From positions 186,001-250,000 of the forward strand of contig JBODTK010000114.1 of NCBI GenBank assembly GCA_050613775.1: a stretch of DNA of 64,000 nucleotides, read 5' to 3'. This DNA comes from Neocallimastix sp. 'constans' (Eukaryota). Below, one piece after another: positions 1 through 12,454 of the stretch. The first letter of the stretch is position 1; every line of letters starts with the position of its first letter. The position numbers and the translations under genes were made by a program. Below the pieces are notes generated by a model. The model had not been told where the DNA came from, searched no databases, and was given only the letters and a program-made list of their open reading frames with translations.

Positions 1-930
1 TACCATCTAGCTATAAAAGAAAAATAACTCTAAAGAATGACGAAACAGCTGTTGACCTAAAAACTACTATAGTAAAGTACGTAAATACTTGGTTACATGT
101 TGATGATCTTTCTGCTAATGAAGAAGAGGCGGATGATCTAATGAATATCGACTATGCTGGGAAACTTGGTCCCAAAGAACAGAAAAATTTAAAGACCAAG
201 AATAATAATAAAAAAATTTTCTAAAAAAAAGAAAATTCCAGTAAACCAGTTAATAAAAATAAATTTAATAATTATCACAATAATAAAAATAATAAATATT
301 GTGAAATATGTAAAAGAAGTGGTCATACCACCAAAGAATGTAGGTATAATCCAAGAAATCCAAATGGATTATATAATAAATACTACATTCCAGATAAACA
401 AAAATTTAAAAAAAAATTACCATCCACATAATAATGGACAAAATGAAAGAACAATCAGATATATTAATGTTTATAACGAATGTTATGATAATGTATCTTA
501 CATTATATAATATACATGATAAAAATGAAAAATTTTAATATTAATCATAATAATGAAGAAAAATCAAAATGGTTCAGCGCTGAGGAAGATATAACTAATG
601 ATTTAAGTCTACTTAAAAATTATAAAATAGAAAAAATTAAATTAAGATCTGAAAATAATATTTTTGGAAAATTCGAGTTTACCATCAGTAGCCATTATTT
701 TAAATTTAAAAAGGTATTATATTTTTAAAATGTGGCTAAAAATATTATTAGTGGTACAGAATGGGCCAAATAAGGTGTTAAAAACTTGACTAAAAAAGAT
801 AAACACATTAGTATTATTCAAATATTAAATAGCAAATACACTAATATTCCTACATTTCAAGCTAATAATAATAATGAAATTAAAATAGTATTAATAGATT
901 ATAATATTGAAGATGAAAGAAACAACAAAA
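1..930 (+). mobile_element. Decayed Ty1/copia LTR-retrotransposon gag-protease fragment (begins before the window)
   Basis: 300-341 translates as CEICKRSGHTTKEC, a CX2CX4HX4C Gag zinc knuckle. It is preceded by a DDLMNID motif and followed by FKFKKVLYF/KNVAKNIISG (~700-760), which resembles the copia protease-region VLYVP..NLLS motif. Several stops and frameshifts. Confidence 0.7.
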
Positions 931-931
931 A

Positions 932-1021
932 TACTTTAATTAAAAAATAAAAATATTTTAAAAGTTTAATTTAAATAAATATATTAAACTTTTAAAATAT
1001 TTTTATTTTTTAATTAAAGTA
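932..1021. repeat. Perfect hairpin, ~39 bp arms and ~12 bp loop
   Basis: tactttaattaaaaaataaaaatattttaaaagtttaat is followed by its reverse complement attaaacttttaaaatatttttattttttaattaaagta. Confidence 0.9.
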
Positions 1022-1812
1022 AAATATAATATCAAGTTACTATTAAATAAATTAAAATTATTTATATTGGCTCTTTAAAAGAATTAGTAAAAAAATTTAA
1101 ATTAAATAATGAATATATTTTAAAAATATAATAAATTCATAAAAATATCGAAATAAAAAATCAATATTTTTAGAGATAATAAATATTAATTATTTTATTT
1201 TAATAAAAATTATTTCAATACAATGAGTGTGTGGCATTTCGCAAAATTTCATTTCGGAAAAGTTTCATTTCGCAAAATTTTTTGTGTCATTTCGAAAAAT
1301 TTCATTTCGCAAAATTTTAATAAATAGATAAATAAATAATAAAATAAATAAATAAAAAATTTAATTTAATATATAAAAAAAAATTTATAAATTATAAATA
1401 ATTAAATAAATATTTTTTTTATTTTATTATATTTTTATTTATTAGATAAAAAAAAAAAAAAAAAAAAATAGTTAATAATTGTAGAATTATTTTTCTTTTC
1501 ATAGATTATTGAATCAATAAATAATAATAACAATTATAATAATAATAAAATTTAATAATTATATAAATTATAAAATTTTATTATTATTATAAATTTAATT
1601 ATTTAATTTATTAATTGAAAAATAAAACTTTTAAATATTTAGATATTAATATTAAAAAAATAAAATAATTTTAAAAAGGATTTTTAGGTAACAATATATT
1701 AAAAAAAAAATACTATAAATAAAAAATAAGCTCAATTTTATTTAAAATTTATATAATTAAATATATTGAATAAGATTGAATAATTGAAAATTAATTAAAA
1801 ATATTTAACAAA

Positions 1813-3237
1813 ATGGAAGAACTAAAAATAGATATTAGTGAAACTAATAAAGGAAAAGAACAAATAATTATTAATAAAAAATATAAATATAATTATTCAT
1901 ACACTAAAAAGAATAAATCAAAGGTATATAGATGTACCGAATATAAAACTTTAAATAAATGTAAATCTTACATTATTTTTAATGATAAAAAAGAAATTTT
2001 AAAATATGATGGTGTTCATAATCATTTCGAACAAGAATTTAATGCCGCTCTATCATTAACAAAATATAGAATTAAAAAAGAAATTAAAAAAAGTTCAATT
2101 CCTTTCAATATAAAACCAAAAAGAGTATTTAACCAAATTTCACAAGATATTGGTTTTATATGTCCTGAATTTAAATCTATAAAATCACAAATAATAAGAG
2201 ATATAAATAAACAACTTCCTCCCAACATATCAAGTTTTGAGGAAATTCCAGAAAAACATTATTTATATATTACAAAACAAAATGAAAATTTTATGATATT
2301 CAAAAATCAAAATGTCATAATTTTTCAGTCTCCATTTCAAGCATTTTTATTTAAAAAATATTGTGATGATCTTTTTGTGGATGGCACTTTTTATGTAGCA
2401 CCTGATTTCAGTTATCAGGTTTTCATTACAAGAAATTTTGTTTCGGAATTAAATGAGTTTTATACCACTTCTTTTTCTATATTAAGAAATAAAGAGCAAG
2501 AAACCTATAAAACAATATTTGAAGTAATAAAAAGTAATTGTGATATTACAAAAGACAATGGGTTTTCTCCAAAAAATCTTCATTGTGACTTTGAAAGAGC
2601 CATATCTAATGCGGCAATAATTGTATTCCCAGATATAAATATTAGATATTGTATTTGGCATTACAAACGATCATTAGGACTTCATAAAAATAAAATATGC
2701 TATAATGAAGTAAATCAAAACAGAGATTTATATGTTTATTATAACGCTATATTAAATTTACCTTTTATAAATCCAAATTATATATTAGATATTTTTCATA
2801 AAATTAAAAAATCATGCATTGAAAAAAATTATAACCAATTTTTAATATTTTTGGAATATTTTAGAAAAACATATTTAATTCTTTATAATATTGAAAATTG
2901 GAATTATTATAATAATATTGAACATATAACAAATAATGCCTCTGAATCCTTTAATAATTATTTAAGTGGCTTATTTTCAAAAAAACCAACTTATTTTAGA
3001 CTAATATATACATTAAATAATGATGTATCTTTATATCCAGATACCTACGAAAGAAGAATGCTTGGCGTATGGAACAAACAAAAGAGAAAAACATTAACAA
3101 AAACTAATAAAATCAAAAATATTATTGAAAGTTACAAGAAAATGGAATCATTTTTAATTAGTAATGAAAGAAATAGAAGTCATATTGCTGGATTATGGTT
3201 TGAATGTTTAATTAATTTAAATAATAAAATTAATTAA
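1813..3237 (+). CDS. MULE-family DDE transposase with N-terminal FLYWCH/WRKY-like zinc finger, 474 aa
   Basis: YRC...C...HNH zinc finger; FVDGTF (first D), HCDFE (second D), CIWH (CxxH) and TNNASESFN (E) motifs; uninterrupted ORF. Confidence 0.92.
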   Translation: MEELKIDISETNKGKEQIIINKKYKYNYSYTKKNKSKVYRCTEYKTLNKCKSYIIFNDKKEILKYDGVHNHFEQEFNAALSLTKYRIKKEIKKSSIPFNIKPKRVFNQISQDIGFICPEFKSIKSQIIRDINKQLPPNISSFEEIPEKHYLYITKQNENFMIFKNQNVIIFQSPFQAFLFKKYCDDLFVDGTFYVAPDFSYQVFITRNFVSELNEFYTTSFSILRNKEQETYKTIFEVIKSNCDITKDNGFSPKNLHCDFERAISNAAIIVFPDINIRYCIWHYKRSLGLHKNKICYNEVNQNRDLYVYYNAILNLPFINPNYILDIFHKIKKSCIEKNYNQFLIFLEYFRKTYLILYNIENWNYYNNIEHITNNASESFNNYLSGLFSKKPTYFRLIYTLNNDVSLYPDTYERRMLGVWNKQKRKTLTKTNKIKNIIESYKKMESFLISNERNRSHIAGLWFECLINLNNKIN

Positions 3238-3399
3238 ATTAGAATTAAATTTATTTTTCTAACCTTTTATAAAGTAAAATTATAATTAAACCTATATCTT
3301 TAATTATTAATTTTAGTTGTTTTTAATAATTAAATTATAACTAAAGAATTAAATAAAACAAATTCTCAATTTTTTTAGTTAAATATTAATATCAATATT

Positions 3400-3610
3400 T
3401 TATATTTTATTATTATAATACTCTTATTAATATCAATATCACTATTAATATTTTATATTTTATTATTATAATACTATTATTAATATCAATACCAATATTT
3501 TATATTTTATTATTATAATACTATTATTAATATCAATATCAATATCAATATTTTATATTTTATTTTTATATACTATTATTAATATTAATATCAATATCAA
3601 TTTATTTTAT
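3400..3610. repeat. Degenerate ~45-55 bp tandem repeat in the MULE1 3' region
   Basis: About four copies of aatattttatattttattattataatactattattaatatc. Confidence 0.75.
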
Positions 3611-3854
3611 CAATATTATTATAAATATAAAAATATATTTTTTATTTTATTAAAATACTAATATTTAACATTAAATACACAATAAAATAAAATATTTTTA
3701 TATTTTTATTTAAATTAAATCAATTTTTAATTGAAAATTAAAACTTTTAAAATAATAATCAATATAATAAAGTTTTATCAAAAACCATTTAGTTTTTTTC
3801 TTTTTATTGTTAATTATTTAATAATTATTTGTATATTGTGTTTTTCAAATAAAT

Positions 3855-3888
<34 letters not shown>

Positions 3889-3980
3889 TTTATTTTTTTT
3901 ACTGGATTATTTATAAATATTTCTTTTACTAAAAAAATTTATTTAGCAATTTAAGATTTTTAAAATACTGCGCAAGGACT

Positions 3981-4275
3981 TAAAAGGTGTAAAATGATCA
4001 ATTAATTATTTATATATTATTTTAAAATAAATATAAGAATTTTATATATATAAAAAAAATAAGTATTAATAATTTAAAAGATGTAAAGGATAATAATTTA
4101 AAATATAATTACTAAAAAAAATATTAAAAAATAATATATAAATAATTAATTGATCATTTTACACCTTTTAATATTTTTTTTAGTAATTATATTTTAAATT
4201 ATTATCCTTTACATCTTTTAAATTATTAATACTTATTTTTTTTATATATATAAAATTCTTATATTTATTTTAAAA
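3981..4275. repeat. Interleaved inverted duplication A-B-A'-B'
   Basis: A (3981-4022, taaaaggtgtaaaatgatc...) is inverted at ~4129-4170. B (~4023-4126) is inverted at ~4171-4275. Confidence 0.85.
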
Positions 4276-4912
4276 AATTATAAAACGTTTAAAACATATA
4301 ATAAAATATATATATATTTTTTTTTTAAAAAAATTTTTAAAATTTATTTATTTATTATAGTTTTATATATTTATTTTTATTTATTTAGTTATTTATTTAA
4401 ATTATATATATTATTTATTTATTTTATTATTAATTTATTTATTTATTAAAAATTTTGCGAAATGCTCCTCCCCCGTTGCATTACGCCAATTTTCACGTGA
4501 TATATATAAATTTGTGGCTATAGATATTTTATGCTACATAATATTATTTTATTGTATTATTTTGTTATTTCAAATTTTAAATTAATTATTAAGTGAATAA
4601 TTAAATAAATCATATAATGGTTAGATTTTATGATTTTCATTCTTTTATTTAAATGCTATTAATAAAAAAATTATATAAAAATATAAATGTTATTAAAAAT
4701 ATAAATATTATTAATAATAATTCTTTTATTTAAATGTTATTAAAAAAATAATAGTTATAATGATAAAATTATTAATTATAGAGACGTATTTGAATATTTA
4801 TTTAAACTTTATAAATTTAATAAGCTTTATAAATTAAATTTTTGAATGACAGAATTCTGATTATTTCGTTTGGTTATTCCTTATTTTTTAATTTTTTATT
4901 ATAAAATAATAT

Positions 4913-5939
4913 TTATATTATATTATTTAAATCAGTTAAACAATCAAACCACAAATTAATAGTATTATTTCTATCACATTTAGTATCAATTAACTTAGTT
5001 TCAATATTTTTGTAGCGTTCAATTAAGACACTGATTTCATTAGCTTTATTTTGCTCTTTTTTTTATTTTCTAAATTCCTTTCATTTTTTTTTGATAATCA
5101 TAATATGGTAAATGTTCAAGTTCATTTAATTTATCTATTAATTTATAATAAGATGGTATTGTTAGAAATAAATTATTTAAATAACTATTGATTCTGCAAT
5201 TATAATATTATTGTTACATGTATTAGCTTTTTTTTTTTTAATTCTTTAAATATTTTATATATTTCTTGTTCTTTATTTTGTAATATTGCAAAAGAAGTAG
5301 TGTAAAAACTATCTAATTCTTTAGCGTAAGTTCTTGTAATAAATATTTGATAACTAAATTTAGGGGCAATAAAAAATGTACCATCAACAAATATATCATC
5401 ATTATATTCCCTAAATAATTTTACTTGAAAAGGAGATTGAAAAATTATTAAATTAATATTTTTTGAATATCATAAAATTTTCACCTCACTTTGTTTTATA
5501 ATATTCAGATTCATTAGAAATTTCAGTAAATGTTGTTACATTGGATGGTAGTTTTTATTTAAATTTCTTGATATTTGGGATTTAATTGAGTAATATTCTG
5601 AACATATAAATCTCATTTCCTTAGAAATTTTATTATATAGGGGTTTTATTTTTATACCATAAGGAATTGAACTTTTTTTCAATTCCATCTTTAATTTTAT
5701 GTTTCATTATAGATAGAGATACATCGTATTCTTTTTCAGGATGATTATGTGAACTATCATATTTTAAGATTTCTTTCTTATCATTTAAAATAATAAAAGA
5801 TTTACATTCATTTCTGTACATAAACATTTGAATTATCTTTTCTTATATATGAAAAATTAAATTTATATTTTTTATTAATAATAATTTATTTTTTTCCTTT
5901 GTTAGACTCACTTATATCGATAATAAGATTTTTTTCCAT
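4913..5939 (-). pseudogene. Decayed MULE transposase paralogous to 1813-3237
   Basis: Starts MEKNLIIDISESNKGK and retains CKSFIILNDKKEILKYDSSHNH, IFQSPFQ, DIFVDGTF, FYTTSFAILQNKEQE and the terminal LWFDCLTDLNN. It is frameshifted and about 400 nt shorter, lacking the HCDFE/CxxH segment. Confidence 0.9.
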
Positions 5940-6050
5940 TTCTATATTTTTATAAATATTATTTAATTATATAATTAAAATTATTCTATTAATTATCCAA
6001 TATTATTCTAAAGACTAATTTTGAAAAATTAGTTTTCAATTATTTGTAAA

Positions 6051-8500
6051 AAATAAATAAATAAATAAAGAATGCAATAGTAAGTACAAGTATACAAAAT
6101 AAAATAAAATAAAATAAAATAAAATAAATAGTAGAAATATGAATATAAAGTACAGATTTAATAAAATAAAATAAAATAAAATAAAATAAAATAAAATAAA
6201 ATAAATAGTTGAAATATAAATATAAAGTACAGATTGAATAAAATAAAATAAAATAAAATAAAATAAATAGTAGAAATATAAATATAAAGTACAGATTTAA
6301 TAAAATAAAATAAAATAAAATAAATAGTTGAAATATAAATATAAAGTACAGATTGAATAAAATAAAATAAAATAAAATAAAATAAATAGTTGAAATATAA
6401 ATATAAAGTACAGATTGAATAAAATAAAATAAAATAAAATAAATAGTAGAAATATGAATATAAAGTACAGATTGAATAAAATAAAATAAAATAAAATAAA
6501 TAGTAGAAATATGAATATAAAGTACAGATTGAATAAAATAAAATAAAATAAAATAAAATAAAATAAAATAAAATAAATAGTAGAATATGAATATAAAGTA
6601 CAGATTGAATAAAATAAAATAAAATAAAATAAAATAAAATAAAATAAAATAAAATAAAATAAAATAAAATAAAATAAAATAAAATAAAATAAAATAAAAT
6701 AAAATAAAATAAAATAAAATAAAATAAAATAAAATAAAATAAAATAAAATAAAATAAAATAAAATAAAATAAAATAAAATAAAATAAAATAAAATAAAAT
6801 AAAATAAATAGTAGAAATATGAATATAAAGTACAGATTTAATAAAATAAAATAAAATAAAATAAAATAAAATAAATAGTTGAAATATAAATATAAAGTAC
6901 AGATTGAATAAAATAAAATAAAATAAAATAAATAGTAGAAATATGAATATAAAGTACAAATTGAATAAAATAAATAAAATAAAATAAATAGTAGAAATAT
7001 GAATATAAAGTACAGATTTAATAAAATAAAATAAAATAAAAATAAATAGTAGAATATTAAATATAAAGTACAGATTGAATAAAATAAAATAAAATATAAT
7101 TAAATAAATATTGAATGTAATAATATAAAAGTACAAGTATATAAAATAAAATAAAATAAATATTGAATGTAATAATATAAAAGTACTAATATATAAAATA
7201 AAATAAATATTTATCATTATTTTTTATTAAAGAATATTAAAGACAATTTATTTTTAAAAATAAAATGTTTTATTTAATTATATATGTTAGAAAGTAAAAA
7301 AATCATTTATATTTAATTAGATTATTAACAATCAATAATATTGTTTTATATAATAATTACATCATCAATTGAATACAATAAAAATGTAAAAAATTTTCAT
7401 TTCTAAAACATTGATCTGTAATATTCTTTAATAAAAAATTATTAGATATTTATTTTATTTTATTTTATTCAATCTGTACTTTATATTTATATTTCTAATA
7501 TTTATTTTATTTTATTTTATTTTATTTTATTTTATTTTATTTTATTTTATTTTATTTTATTTTATTTTATTTTATTTTATTTTATTTTATTTTATTTTAT
7601 TTTATTTTATTTTATTTTATTTTATTTTATTTTATTTTATTCAATCTGTACTTTATATTCATATTCTACTATTTATTTTATTTTATTTTATTTTATTAAA
7701 TCTGTACTTTATATTTATATTTCTACTATTTATTTTATTTTATTTTATTTTATTCAATCTGTACTTTATATTCATATTCTACTATTTATTTTATTTTATT
7801 TTATTTTATTCAATCTGTACTTTATATTCATATTCTACTATTTATTTTATTTTATTTTATTTTATTTTATTTTATTTTATTTTATTTTATTTTATTTTAT
7901 TTTATTTTATTTTATTTTATTTTATTTTATTTTATTTTATTTTATTTTATTTTATTTTATTTTATTTTATTTTATTTTATTTTATTTTATTTTATTTTAT
8001 TTTATTTTATTTTATTCAATCTGTACTTTATATTCATATTCTACTATTTATTTTATTTTATTTTATTAAATCTGTACTTTATATTTATATTTCTACTATT
8101 TATTTTATTTTATTTTATTTTATTTTATTTTATTCTGTTTTATTTTATTTTATTTTATTTTATTCAATCTGTACTTTATATTTATATTTCTACTATTTAT
8201 TTTATTTTATTTTATTTTATTCAATCTGTACTTTATATTTATATTTCAACTATTTATTTTATTTTATTTTATTATATTTTATTAAATCTGTACTTTATAT
8301 TTATATTTCAACTATTTATTTTATTTTATTTTATTTTATTCAATCTGTACTTTATATTTATATTTCAACTATTTATTTTATTTTATTTTATTTTATTATA
8401 TTTTATTAAATCTGTACTTTATATTCATATTTCTACTATTTATTTTATTTTATATACTTTTATTATTATATTCTTTATTTATTTATCTATTTATTTATTA
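6051..8500. repeat. Foldback: two inverted ~1.1 kb minisatellite arms around a ~230 bp spacer
   Basis: The left arm (~6051-7210) repeats TAGT(A/T)GAAATAT(G/A)AATATAAAGTACAGATT(G/T)AA + (TAAAA)n. The right arm (~7445-8500) repeats the reverse complement. The outer arm ends also match (aaataaagaat.../...attctttattt). Confidence 0.92.
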
Positions 8501-8675
8501 ATTTATACATTTATTTATTTTAAAATTAATTGTATTATAATTTTTTATGGCGTATTGAAAATTTGTATTATAAAAATTGGCGAAATGAACCACATTCATT
8601 AAATAGTAATTTCATTTTATATATAAATGCATATAAATATTTTTTTTGAATCATATATAAATATTTTTTTTCTTC

Positions 8676-8873
8676 CTAGTTTTGAAGAAAAAAAAAAGAA
8701 GATAAATGTTTCTCAGATGCTCAAGTAAAAAATGAAGAAGAAGAAAAAAAATGTATAAATAAATCCATTGGTTATCCATGTTGTTCCGACTCTATTGAAA
8801 CCGTCTTTACTGATGATGAAGGAAGATGGGGAATAGAAAATGATAACTGGTGCTTAATTATATAATATTGCTA
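8676..8873 (+). pseudogene. 3' fragment of a duplicate of the dockerin gene at 10405-11292
   Basis: Matches 10991-11292 and its 3' flank (SFEEKK..DKCFS / [47 protein letters not shown]). The middle dockerin is deleted and the 5' part is absent. Confidence 0.88.
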
Positions 8874-9390
8874 AACAAATAAATAAACAAATAAAAATAA
8901 TATATATAAATAATATATAATATATATATATATATGTCTTAAGAATTAATTAAAAAAAAAAAATTAAATTAAATAGGAAAAATTATAAAAAATAAATATT
9001 GAAAAAAAAAAAAAGAAAAAAGTTTTTTTTTTTTTATAAGTAAATATAAAATAAAATTATATTTACAATGATATTCAAAAGTCAAATGTATTATTTTATC
9101 TATTTAATATATATATATATATATTTTTCCTTATTAACACTAATCAAAAATAATAATTAAATAAATAAATAAATAAATAAAAAAAAAGATGAAACAGAAG
9201 AAGAATTTTTTTTTTTTTTTTTTTTTAAATATTAAAAAATTAATTTTTAGAATATTTGGGAAATGATTTATAATTATTTACAAATAAACTTTTAATTTTT
9301 AAATGATAAAAAGTATTTTAAATTAAATTTAAAATTGTCATAATATATGTTATTATGGAGAATAAGCAATTGTATATTATATTAAAATTA

Positions 9391-9431
<41 letters not shown>

Positions 9432-10404
9432 ACAAGAAGATCTTTTTTTTTTTAAAATGATTAATATTTTTAAATTAAAAAAAAAAAAAATAATAATAAT
9501 AATAATAATAAGAAAAATTTTGTTTTAAAATTAAAATTTAATGTCATTATGATGTAACCATGGATAAGTAATAGAAATGTTTTTTTTTTTTTTACAATTA
9601 ATAAAGTTTTTATACATTTTTTATATTAATCATAATAGCTTGGTATAATTACTAAAATATATATATTGTTATATTAAATTTTAATTAAATTAAAAAAAAG
9701 AAAAAATTAATTATTTAAGTTTAAAAAAAAAAAATTTTTTAATAAAAATTTAAATGAAATAGAATAAAACTTTGGTTTAAAAAATTAAAAAATAAAAAAT
9801 TAACAATATTAAAATTATTTTTGGATTTTTAGAAAAATCGAAAAAAAAAAGTTACAAAATTGAATGAAATTAATAAAACATTTCATTTATATAAATACAT
9901 ATAATTTTTTTCAAAAAAACAAACAAAAAAAACAAAAAAAAAAAAAAAAAAAAAGTGAATCACAAATTGTTAATAGTAATTATATAATTGATTTATATAA
10001 TTAAAGAATATAACATTGAATTTATTATAATATTTAATAAATTATATGAATAAAGGTATTTATATTATTTATATAGTTAAACATTTTTTTTTTATAAAAC
10101 AATATATGTAATATTTATTATTATTATTATTAAATATTAATTTTTTTAATTTTTAACTATAATATTTAAGAATAATAATAATAAATATTACATATATTGT
10201 TTTATAAAAAAAAAATATATATATATTTAAATATATTTGTACTTATTAATATACTGTAAAAAAAAAATAAAATAAAAAAGATTGAATATTCTAATAATAA
10301 AATATATTTATAATTTATTTTTTATATATTTATTATAATAAATTTTAGATATTCAAAATTAAAATAATAAAATAAAAATTAAAATTAAAGACTTAAAAAA
10401 CAAA

Positions 10405-11292
10405 ATGAAATCTTTAAACTTATTCATTTTATTAAGTACTACTCTTGCATTTCTAATTAATGGTGGATATGCATATGACACTCCAAATTTTGATATTATT
10501 GTTAAAACTCCAACTGAAATTGAAGGAGGAAAAAATAGTCCTGAATATCAAGAATTCGTAGATACTGTTGTTGAAGAAATTCATGATATTATTATGAAGA
10601 ATAAAGATCTCTGTGATAATCCTGATGATATTGATTTTATTCAAGAAGATTATGACGTAAGAATAAAAAATGATCCTAAAATAAAAGTTAATTATCCTCG
10701 TAAATATGCTACAATTTTTCCTATTTCAGAATTAGACAATTCTTTATATATGATTGGTTATATCTGTCCACAGTTCGTGGATCAAGTTAAAGTTCTTCCA
10801 TACATTACCTTTATTGATATACCAGCTGTCATGATGATTAAAAATCCTTGGGATAATACATATGGAGAATGTGAAGCCAAAGAATATGGCTATCCTTGCT
10901 GTCCAGCTGAATTCAATACTGTCAAATATCATAATGAACTTGGTGACTGGGGATTTGATCTTGAACATAGTGAATGGTGTAGTATTACTACTAGTTTTGA
11001 AGAAAAAAAAAAAGAAGATAAATGTTTCTCAGAATCATTAGGATATCCATGTTGTTCCACCTGTACTGAAACCGTTTATATTGATAAAAATGGAAATTGG
11101 GGAATAGAAAATGGTGAATGGTGCGGTATTACAAATACTCAAGTAAAAAATGAAGAAGAAGAAAAAAAATGTATAACTGAATCCATTGGTTATCCATGTT
11201 GTTCTGCCTCTACTGAAACCATTTATACTGATGATGAAGGAAAATGGGGAGTAGAAAAGGATGAATGGTGCTTAATTATATATGATTGTTAA
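10405..11292 (+). CDS. Secreted cellulosome-associated protein: signal peptide, ~120 aa I9/subtilisin-propeptide-like domain, three fungal dockerins (CBM10/NCDD), 295 aa
   Basis: Hydrophobic N-terminus and three C-x5-GYPCC...WG..WC repeats, which are clear. The N-domain ([15 protein letters not shown]...IFPIS...GYI...[10 protein letters not shown]) resembles anaerobic-fungal S8 propeptides from memory, which is less certain. Confidence 0.88.
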   Translation: MKSLNLFILLSTTLAFLINGGYAYDTPNFDIIVKTPTEIEGGKNSPEYQEFVDTVVEEIHDIIMKNKDLCDNPDDIDFIQEDYDVRIKNDPKIKVNYPRKYATIFPISELDNSLYMIGYICPQFVDQVKVLPYITFIDIPAVMMIKNPWDNTYGECEAKEYGYPCCPAEFNTVKYHNELGDWGFDLEHSEWCSITTSFEEKKKEDKCFSESLGYPCCSTCTETVYIDKNGNWGIENGEWCGITNTQVKNEEEEKKCITESIGYPCCSASTETIYTDDEGKWGVEKDEWCLIIYDC

Positions 11293-11581
11293 GCAAATAA
11301 ATAAACAAATAAATTAATATATATATATACATATATATATTATTTTATATATATATATGTATAAAATCTTATTTTTTATACATATATACATATAAAAAAA
11401 TAAAAAAAAAAAAAAAAAAAAAGTAAAGTAAAAGAGTAGAGAAAAAAAATTATATTGGAAAAAAATTATCAAAAGTGAAAAATAAAAAAATGAAAAAACA
11501 TATAATAAAAAATAAAAAATTGAAAAATAAATAGTAAAAAAAAAATATTTTATTTTAAAAGTAAAATAATTTTAAAATTAG

Positions 11582-11658
11582 TAATATTAACACAATTGAA
11601 AAAAATTAATATATTTATTAATAAATATATTAATTTTTTTCAATTGTGTTAATATTAA
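11582..11658. repeat. Near-perfect ~77 bp palindrome
   Basis: taatattaacacaattgaaaaaaattaatatatttat is followed by its reverse complement. Confidence 0.88.
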
Positions 11659-11659
11659 T

Positions 11660-11696
<37 letters not shown>

Positions 11697-11704
11697 AATA
11701 ATGA

Positions 11705-12035
11705 GTGTGTAAAATAATTATGTGTCGTGGTCCCTGATTTTATAATTTCCTTCTTGGTGGAAGAGATTTCAGACCAATTATTAATTTAAATTATTAAAGA
11801 AGGAAAAGGGATGTTTTTTGTTTGTTTTAAGAAAACCAAAAACCAAAACATTTCTTGGTGAGTATTTCTAACAAGCCATTCTTTGGGGAAGCGATCGGCA
11901 ACTCTCTCTCTTTATAGAAGTTTATGCCTCTAGGGCTTTAGTACTCAACAAGGATTTGTTATATTATGATTATAATCTATTTATTTAAGTAAAAAATAAA
12001 AAAAAAAAAAAAAAAAATAAAAAAAAAAAAAAAAA
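11705..12035 (+). mobile_element. 5'-truncated LINE 3' end with A-rich tail
   Basis: aatttccttcttggtggaagagatttcagac (NFLLGGRDF) matches the minus-strand LINE remnant near 49950-49980 (NFLLDGRDTD). Raised GC, ending in poly(A). Confidence 0.5.
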
Positions 12036-12227
12036 TCATTATAATGAATTATATACAATTTAGAATTATCTAAAATAAAATAACTTTCTCACACACTTTT
12101 CTTAATTCAGAGAGAAATGCTTTTATTTTTTTTTTCTATGTTATATAGAATTATAATTAACTATTTAGTTAACTGTTCTTGGGATTAAAATAAACTATCT
12201 AATGAGTTTTTTTTTTTTTTTTTTATG

Positions 12228-12417
12228 TAAAGTATTAAAAAATTATTTAAGGAAAATGTTTTAAATAACTATGTAAAGATAAATATAAAATAATAAGTAT
12301 ATCATTAAAACATCATTGAATTATGTTATAAAATTTAAAATTTATTATTTCCTAATTTTATTTATTGGAGGTAATAATTAATATTTAGAAATTTTTTAAA
12401 GACATTTTATAAAGAAC

Positions 12418-12454
<37 letters not shown>

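Larger units (their letters stand above)
1225..4474 (+). mobile_element. Mutator-like DNA transposon (MULE) 1, with intact transposase
   Basis: Left end GAGTGTGTGG-CATTTCGCAAAATTT with five CATTTCGnAAA(A/G)TTT-like copies (1235-1318). Right end AAATTTTGCGAAATG-CTCCTCCCCC (4450-4474), with inverted AT-rich similarity extending inward. No TSD found. Confidence 0.75.
4475..8597 (-). mobile_element. Mutator-like element 2, non-autonomous, abutting MULE1
   Basis: Right terminus reads GAATGTGGTT-CATTTCGCCAATTTT on the minus strand (ends 8597). Left terminus gttg-CATTACGCCAATTTT (4475-4493) looks clipped. Contains a transposase pseudogene. Confidence 0.65.

Noticed and set aside
301..728. Track ORFs of 69 and 70 aa
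   Set aside because: Frameshifted pieces of the copia remnant; the zinc knuckle lies in another frame.
6297..7217. 306 aa ILFYF-repeat ORF resembling a membrane protein
   Set aside because: It is the translation of the (TTTTA)n minisatellite arm.
6100..8450. CRISPR-like repeat/spacer appearance of the foldback arms
   Set aside because: Spacers are only (TAAAA)n, there are no cas genes, and the context is eukaryotic.
11700..11710. aatgagtgtgt identical to the MULE1 left-end region
   Set aside because: Only 11 bp and not followed by CATTTCGC; cannot be distinguished from chance.
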